8,363 nucleotides of DNA from Candidatus Woesearchaeota archaeon (GTDB lineage Archaea > Nanobdellota > Nanobdellia > UBA10117): positions 10,856-19,218 of the forward strand of contig JAHFKX010000004.1 in the NCBI GenBank assembly GCA_023245115.1, given 5' to 3'. The notes beneath the pieces were generated by a model, which was given only the letters and a program-made list of their open reading frames with translations, ran no database searches and had not been told where the DNA came from. Shown in pieces: positions 4,973 through 8,363 of the stretch (position 1 is its first letter; each line of letters begins with the position of its first letter). A program made the translations under genes and the position numbers.

Positions 4973-6085
4973 CTAGTTGCTAGCAGTAGGTAATTTTCTG
5001 GCACATGCGTTACTTGTTACGATAAAACACTTGGCTGGCGTTTTTAGATGGCTGCCTGCAAATCTGGCAAGATTTTCTTCGGCGCTGGCATGACGCCTGG
5101 CTTGCTCAGCTTCGCGCTCAGCGCGTTTTCTACCTGCAAATTTATCTAGCGCAGGCGCACCATACCACCCGGCGGCAGCTCCGGAGAAAATTATTGCGAA
5201 ACCTAATGCAACAGGAACAACTGGCGTTCCCACGGCGTAGGCAAGGGTGCCGCCGAATAAAGCCCCTAATGTTGGCGGTGCAGTGATTTTAAAGTTATTT
5301 CGAAAATACGTGGCCCTCCAGTATGCATTGGATATCCTGGTTGCAACGCGCTCTAAAAATGTATCAGTCTGAATTTCATATGAAACAATTGGTTCGCTGG
5401 CGTTTTCGCCCATGAGCAAATCTAATGCCTTACGGGCCGCATCAGTTGTGCGGGGATAAACTGTTAACCAATAATTATCAACACTTATTCGCGCATCAGT
5501 CGTGTTAACTGTAAACACAGAGCCGAGTTCTTTTAGCCCTTTGTTTGCCAAAAGCGCAGGCAAGTCTAAGTTGTATGGTACGCCAAGTGGCTCAACGCAT
5601 AGTTGAGACGCACTGCACCCATCGCTAATCTCTACTGTTTTCAAGTAAGCCCTGTAGCTGAATTCAGCAGCAACTCTTGACCACGCTTTTACTGCTTCTT
5701 TGGTTTTTTCTTCATCTTCAAAAATTGCCGCGCCTACACCATCTGCATGAGTAAGTGGTTCTCCATTTGCCAAAAGCTCTAACTCCAAAAGGCCACTTTT
5801 TTCGCCACCCGAAAAAACTGTCAAGCGATGAAGCGGACTGCTATGTTGCATAGAGTCGATACGTCCAGCTAGGACAAGATCAAATGCTTTCCTAACTAAG
5901 TCTGGTGTTGGTGATTTTACATAAATTCTGTGGTTGGCTGGATCAACCGTAACGTCTCCAAAACTAAGTGTTGCACCGTGCGTACGGAATATTTGTTCTG
6001 GTGCCATAAGAGTACGTGCTACGTCTTGTGTGTCATACGGCCGGCCGGTAAATCTGCTGTACAGGGCTTCTTTCGTAACTTTCAT
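4973..6085 (-). CDS. Membrane-anchored protein (370 aa): duplicated N-terminal module, Gly-zipper-like TM hairpin, charged C-tail
   Basis: Internal duplication: aa 36-75 (nt 5861-5980) TVDPANHRIYVKSPTPDLVRKAFDLVL matches aa 187-227 (nt 5405-5527) SVDNYWLTVYPRTTDAARKALDLLM. Downstream, RVAAEFSYRAYLKTVEI matches RVATRISNAYWRATYFRNNFKI. The hydrophobic Gly/Ala-rich hairpin APPTLGALFGGTLAYAVGTPVVPVALGFAIIFSGAAAGWYGAP spans aa 268-312 (nt 5150-5284), followed by RKRAEREAEQARR. Confidence 0.8.
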   Translation of the reverse strand: MKVTKEALYSRFTGRPYDTQDVARTLMAPEQIFRTHGATLSFGDVTVDPANHRIYVKSPTPDLVRKAFDLVLAGRIDSMQHSSPLHRLTVFSGGEKSGLLELELLANGEPLTHADGVGAAIFEDEEKTKEAVKAWSRVAAEFSYRAYLKTVEISDGCSASQLCVEPLGVPYNLDLPALLANKGLKELGSVFTVNTTDARISVDNYWLTVYPRTTDAARKALDLLMGENASEPIVSYEIQTDTFLERVATRISNAYWRATYFRNNFKITAPPTLGALFGGTLAYAVGTPVVPVALGFAIIFSGAAAGWYGAPALDKFAGRKRAEREAEQARRHASAEENLARFAGSHLKTPAKCFIVTSNACARKLPTASN

Positions 6086-6093
6086 ATTTGATT

Positions 6094-6128
6094 AGCTATA
6101 TTGTGTTTTATAAACTTTTCGGCAATAT
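6094..6128 (-). promoter_or_regulatory. BRE/TATA promoter of the 4973..6085 gene with flanking boxes
   Basis: The minus strand reads ggATATTGCCgaaaagTTTATAAAaCACAATATAGCTaatcaaatATG. The TATA box at 6107-6114 is centred 25.5 nt upstream of the ATG at 6085-6083. It sits in the 45-bp gap after the regulator's stop codon. Confidence 0.65.
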
Positions 6129-6130
6129 CC

Positions 6131-6652
6131 TTAGACTGAGCTTAGCTTATCTTTGGCAATCAGGCCCATATTATTCATGCTCTCAAACATCTGCATCTGC
6201 AATACCATAAAATTAATCTTTGTGCCGGTTTGGTCCTGGATGGACTTGGCCAGCTCGTCAATCTCGCCGTTTTTGATTTCATCGCCGACAATAAATAGCT
6301 TTTTGTCTTTATCTTTGTATAATGTAAAGTTATTGAACCGCTCCAATAATTTTTCCTTGAACAGCCGTATCGGATCCGGCGCAGAGCCGACAATTAGGGC
6401 ATGCACCTCGTTGAACAGCGGCGTATCCCTAACAAGATGGTAAAACACAAATTTGTCCTGCTGGACTTTTTTGACTAGCCCCATGGCCATAAGCTTCTGG
6501 ACAATTCTAAACGTAGTTGCAAGGGAAACGCTGGTTTCGCGGGCCAGGTCTCTCAGGTAGAACACATCTTTCTTGTGGAGCAATTTCTTCAAAACTTCGA
6601 CAGTCTTGCCATCGAACAGGTTTGCCAGCAAAACAGAACGTTCACCCTCCAT
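6131..6652 (-). CDS. Winged helix-turn-helix transcription regulator (173 aa; MarR/ArsR/TrmB-like N-terminal wHTH plus an uncharacterised ~95-aa C-terminal domain)
   Basis: Residues about 8-75 (nt 6428-6631) read LLANLFDGKTVEVLKKLLHKKDVFYLRDLARETSVSLATTFRIVQKLMAMGLVKKVQQDKFVFYHL. This fits the archaeal wHTH layout: H1, H2-turn-recognition helix, then a beta-hairpin wing. The C-terminal domain has no motif I recognise. Confidence 0.8.
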   Translation of the reverse strand: MEGERSVLLANLFDGKTVEVLKKLLHKKDVFYLRDLARETSVSLATTFRIVQKLMAMGLVKKVQQDKFVFYHLVRDTPLFNEVHALIVGSAPDPIRLFKEKLLERFNNFTLYKDKDKKLFIVGDEIKNGEIDELAKSIQDQTGTKINFMVLQMQMFESMNNMGLIAKDKLSSV

Positions 6653-6745
6653 AATTATCGCACAGCAGCGTCGTAATTTGCTGTCAAAGACAAAAGACCG
6701 ACAACGAACGACAAACTGCGAGTGCTATACACCTCAAGAAATTCT

Positions 6746-6902
6746 GAAACACTACAAATATATAAGTGTTTCTATTTTGAAATAGATTTCCACTACAAAA
6801 ACGTTGTTCCTTAAACGCTATTTCAAAATTGGAACGCCATTCCAACCAGTACAGACAACAAATATAAAACCGCTCTCCATGGGAAATAGAGGGGTGTGTT
6901 TC
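6746..6902. promoter_or_regulatory. Cluster of dyad symmetries and repeated short words in the 266-bp intergenic region upstream of the wHTH gene
   Basis: There is an 8-bp inverted repeat, gaaacact (6746-6753) / agtgtttc (6765-6772), flanking acaaatatata. A palindrome tctattt-tg-aaataga lies at 6771-6786. The 12-mer attttgaaatag (6774-6785) is repeated inverted at 6818-6829. The perfect inverted repeat ttggaa-cgcca-ttccaa lies at 6829-6845. AAATAG(A) occurs 4 times (6771-6777 minus, 6780-6786, 6818-6823 minus, 6884-6890). GTGTTTC occurs at 6766-6772 and 6896-6902. Confidence 0.45.
6856..6871 (-). terminator. T-rich tract about 50 nt downstream of the 6919..7284 gene (candidate terminator)
   Basis: The minus strand reads ggttttatatttgttg. 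A second T5 run (minus strand, 6797-6801) lies further downstream. Alternatively, this could be a TATA-like element. Confidence 0.25.
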
Positions 6903-6918
6903 AAATTCAGAATGGCAT

Positions 6919-7284
6919 TCATTGCTTCAAAATCCAGACATTTTCTGTAGTGCCCTTCAGATAAAGCCCGACAATTTTTTCATTTTTTTGCAGAAAGGCA
7001 AAGCCAACCGGCCCGTCAGGTAGGCAGTAAGTTATGTAAGTATCGCTGTAGTTTACTGTAACTCCAAGCTTTGCGGTGGTAGGCAGCACACCTCGGAAAG
7101 TTGCCCGTCCTTCGTATCGCCAGGTTTTATTAGCTTGTATGTATGCATTAACGGCCTTTCCCCTGAAGCGCCAGTTTACATTGCGCATAAAGGCAGGCAA
7201 CGCAGCTTCGGTTAATTGTTGCAGGCTGGCTGAGTCGAGCAGAGTAAGAAGTCCATCGAGGCCAGTTTGTGTCTTCAAAGCCAT
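6919..7284 (-). CDS. Small hypothetical protein, paralog A (121 aa from ATG 7284)
   Basis: The ORF track begins at TTG 7296. The ATG at 7284 gives MALKTQTGLDGLLTLLDSASLQQLTEAALPAF, which aligns from residue 1 with the neighbouring paralog MALRIVPRFKLEELTELVQSAGLQDLTEATWPAF. The C-terminal match is PVGFAFLQKNEKIVGLYLKGTTENVWIL versus PVKFAFLKDGESVVGVCLQGENTNAFVL. Confidence 0.7.
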   Translation of the reverse strand: MALKTQTGLDGLLTLLDSASLQQLTEAALPAFMRNVNWRFRGKAVNAYIQANKTWRYEGRATFRGVLPTTAKLGVTVNYSDTYITYCLPDGPVGFAFLQKNEKIVGLYLKGTTENVWILKQ

Positions 7285-7318
7285 GAAAGAACTCAAGCCA
7301 TTAAACTTTTAAGGCTTG

Positions 7319-7714
7319 CTACGCCAGAACAAACGCGTTGGTATTTTCGCCTTGCAGGCAAACGCCGACAACGCTTTCCCCGTCTTTCAGGAAGGCGAAC
7401 TTAACCGGGCGGTTTGGCTGGCTGAAGCTGTAAAGGTAATACGCCGAGAGACTTCCGCGCAAAAGTTCTATTTGAAAGCCAGATTTAAATTGACCGGATG
7501 GCTTTTGATATTCTAATCTATGTAATTTTGCAGGGTTATCATAATCCCACGCACCGCTAACACGTGAGTAGACATCAACCGTTCTGCCAATAAGTTTTGC
7601 AGCCTCAGTTTGAAATGCCGGCCATGTTGCTTCTGTTAGGTCTTGCAGGCCAGCAGATTGTACTAACTCGGTTAGTTCCTCTAGCTTAAATCGTGGGACA
7701 ATTCGTAGTGCCAT
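7319..7714 (-). CDS. Small hypothetical protein, paralog B (131 aa)
   Basis: The ATG sits 25.5 nt downstream of a TATA-like box. It is a diverged paralog of 6919..7284, with conserved N-terminal helix and C-terminal strand motifs. The size and the helix-then-strands pattern suggest a small alpha+beta (NTF2/cystatin-like) fold, but that is a guess. Confidence 0.75.
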   Translation of the reverse strand: MALRIVPRFKLEELTELVQSAGLQDLTEATWPAFQTEAAKLIGRTVDVYSRVSGAWDYDNPAKLHRLEYQKPSGQFKSGFQIELLRGSLSAYYLYSFSQPNRPVKFAFLKDGESVVGVCLQGENTNAFVLA

Positions 7715-7735
7715 ATACTAACATATTAATAGTAG

Positions 7736-7750
7736 TTTAAAAGCTTTTCT
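7736..7750 (-). promoter_or_regulatory. BRE/TATA-like promoter of the 7714 paralog gene(s)
   Basis: The minus strand reads agaaaagCTTTTAAActactattaatatgttagtatATG. The box at 7736-7743 is centred 25.5 nt upstream of the ATG at 7714, with a purine-rich BRE at 7744-7750. Confidence 0.55.
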
Positions 7751-7756
7751 CTATGG

Positions 7757-7769
7757 AAAGATTTATAAA
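7757..7769 (+). promoter_or_regulatory. BRE/TATA promoter of the 7791 gene
   Basis: The sequence is gAAAGATTTATAAAcccttttcactttcaaaatctATG. The TATA box at 7762-7769 is centred 25.5 nt upstream of ATG 7791. The 13-mer is identical to the phosphatase promoter at 4115-4127. Confidence 0.65.
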
Positions 7770-7790
7770 CCCTTTTCACTTTCAAAATCT

Positions 7791-8363
7791 ATGGCAACAG
7801 GTTTATACGAGCTCATGAAGGACGTCCCTGACGACCCGAAAAGCCTTGACAATTTTGTAGCAAAGGCAGAGCCAGCGGAATTGCTCGAAATTTTGACAAG
7901 TACAGCAGATTTTCTTTATCAAAGAGTTGGCACGCCCGCGCACTGGCAGGCTGTTGCTAATATGGTTAATGACTCTTGGATCGGCTCGGTAGCTGATCTC
8001 TCATCTTTTGCAGCAATAGTCTCGGCGAGCGACAGCCATTCTGGTATGAACGCACCAAAGGAATATGTTGAGCTAATCTGGGAAGTCCAGAAAAGATTAG
8101 ATAGTTTGCATACAATTTTATTCACCTCAAAACACGAAGACAAAATCAGAGGGCTTTATAAACAAATAACTGGCAAAAAAGTAAATGGTGCAGTTGGTGG
8201 CGTTGAATTTTCAATATTCTATAACCAGCTCGGAAGTATTATGAGCTATGTCGCAGAATTGCTTTACGGGCAAAACAGAACAGACAGTGGCGGCCAGATT
8301 TTTGATTTTAGCAATTATTCTACAAACATATTCAATTTTAGGTATTTACTGGCAGTTGGTATG
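7791..8363 (+). CDS. Hypothetical protein, 3'-truncated by the window edge (at least 191 aa); absent from the supplied ORF track
   Basis: I translated it by hand: MATGLYELMKDVPDDPKSLDNFVAKAEPAELLEILTSTADFLYQRVGTPAHWQAVANMVNDSWIGSVADLSSFAAIVSASDSHSGMNAPKEYVELIWEVQKRLDSLHTILFTSKHEDKIRGLYKQITGKKVNGAVGGVEFSIFYNQLGSIMSYVAELLYGQNRTDSGGQIFDFSNYSTNIFNFRYLLAVGM. That is 191 codons with no stop to the last base. The in-frame upstream stop is at 7719-7721, and ATG 7791 is the first start codon. It has a canonical promoter at the correct distance. Confidence 0.75.
   Translation, partial: MATGLYELMKDVPDDPKSLDNFVAKAEPAELLEILTSTADFLYQRVGTPAHWQAVANMVNDSWIGSVADLSSFAAIVSASDSHSGMNAPKEYVELIWEVQKRLDSLHTILFTSKHEDKIRGLYKQITGKKVNGAVGGVEFSIFYNQLGSIMSYVAELLYGQNRTDSGGQIFDFSNYSTNIFNFRYLLAVGM

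Noticed and set aside
6153-6443. Plus-strand 96-aa ORF and minus-strand 72-aa ORF (6175..6393) overlapping the regulator gene
   Set aside because: The 173-aa minus-strand frame has a clear wHTH. The alternatives are shorter, with Ser/Ile/Leu- or Arg/Cys-rich unlikely translations.
6573-6785. 70-aa plus-strand ORF running from the regulator's 5' end into the intergenic region
   Set aside because: It overlaps the wHTH gene start in antisense and crosses the dyad-rich regulatory region. It has no promoter at the leaderless distance and gives an Arg/Ser/Thr-rich low-complexity translation.
7285-7296. TTG 7296 as the start of paralog A (track coordinates 6919..7296)
   Set aside because: ATG 7284 aligns residue-for-residue with the N-terminus of paralog B (MALK / MALR). 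The TTG extension adds MSSF with no counterpart. It remains possible but is less likely.
7076-7516. Plus-strand ORFs 7076..7312 and 7316..7516, antisense to the paralog pair
   Set aside because: The minus-strand proteins are mutually homologous, which is independent evidence that the minus strand is coding. The plus-strand products share no similarity with each other.
7919-8143. 74-aa minus-strand ORF at the right end
   Set aside because: It lies fully inside the 191-codon plus-strand ORF, which has a canonical promoter. All three minus-strand frames entering from the window end hit stops within about 50 nt.
1-8363. Search for tRNA, rRNA, CRISPR arrays, IS elements, integrase and att-type long direct repeats
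   Set aside because: I saw no GTTCRAAT-type T-loop with matching acceptor stems, no regularly spaced direct repeats, no transposase/integrase-like ORF, and no long terminal inverted or direct repeats. The only repeats are the short regulatory words and the in-frame peptide repeats reported above.

Overview
The window reads as archaeal DNA carrying an island of mostly uncharacterised genes. I support 12 coding regions, two of them cut by the window edges. One of these (7791..8363, +) is missing from the supplied ORF track because it has no stop codon in the window. Only two products carry a family signature I can recognise from sequence. The first is a PPP-family Ser/Thr-type metallophosphatase (4149..4946), which has the full GDxHG / GDxxDRG / GNHD / HGG / RGH motif set. 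The second is a small winged-helix (wHTH) transcription regulator (6131..6652, -). The other products are: a large surface-type protein with a cohesin-like segment and a novel Trp-repeat tail (1..1539); a tightly coupled 4-gene operon with no recognisable family (1751..3471); an all-helical protein (3468..4091, -); a membrane protein made of a duplicated ~130-aa module plus a Gly-zipper-like TM hairpin (4973..6085, -); two diverged tandem paralogs (6919..7284 and 7319..7714, -); and a 3'-truncated ORF (7791..8363). The archaeal call rests on the expression signals. Five first-in-unit genes carry a purine-rich BRE plus a TTTATAAA-type TATA box, centred 23.5 nt upstream of the ATG in one case and 25.5 nt in the other four, which implies leaderless mRNAs. 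Internal operon genes carry GGAGG-like Shine-Dalgarno sites instead. The most interesting non-coding signals are a box shared by three of these promoters (ATATTGCC / CACAATAT / ATATAGCT) and a 266-bp intergenic region (6653..6918) packed with short dyads and repeated words, one of which resembles an archaeal ORB element. I found no rRNA, tRNA, CRISPR array, transposase, integrase or terminal inverted repeats. All functional statements beyond the phosphatase and the wHTH are inference; I could run no database searches.
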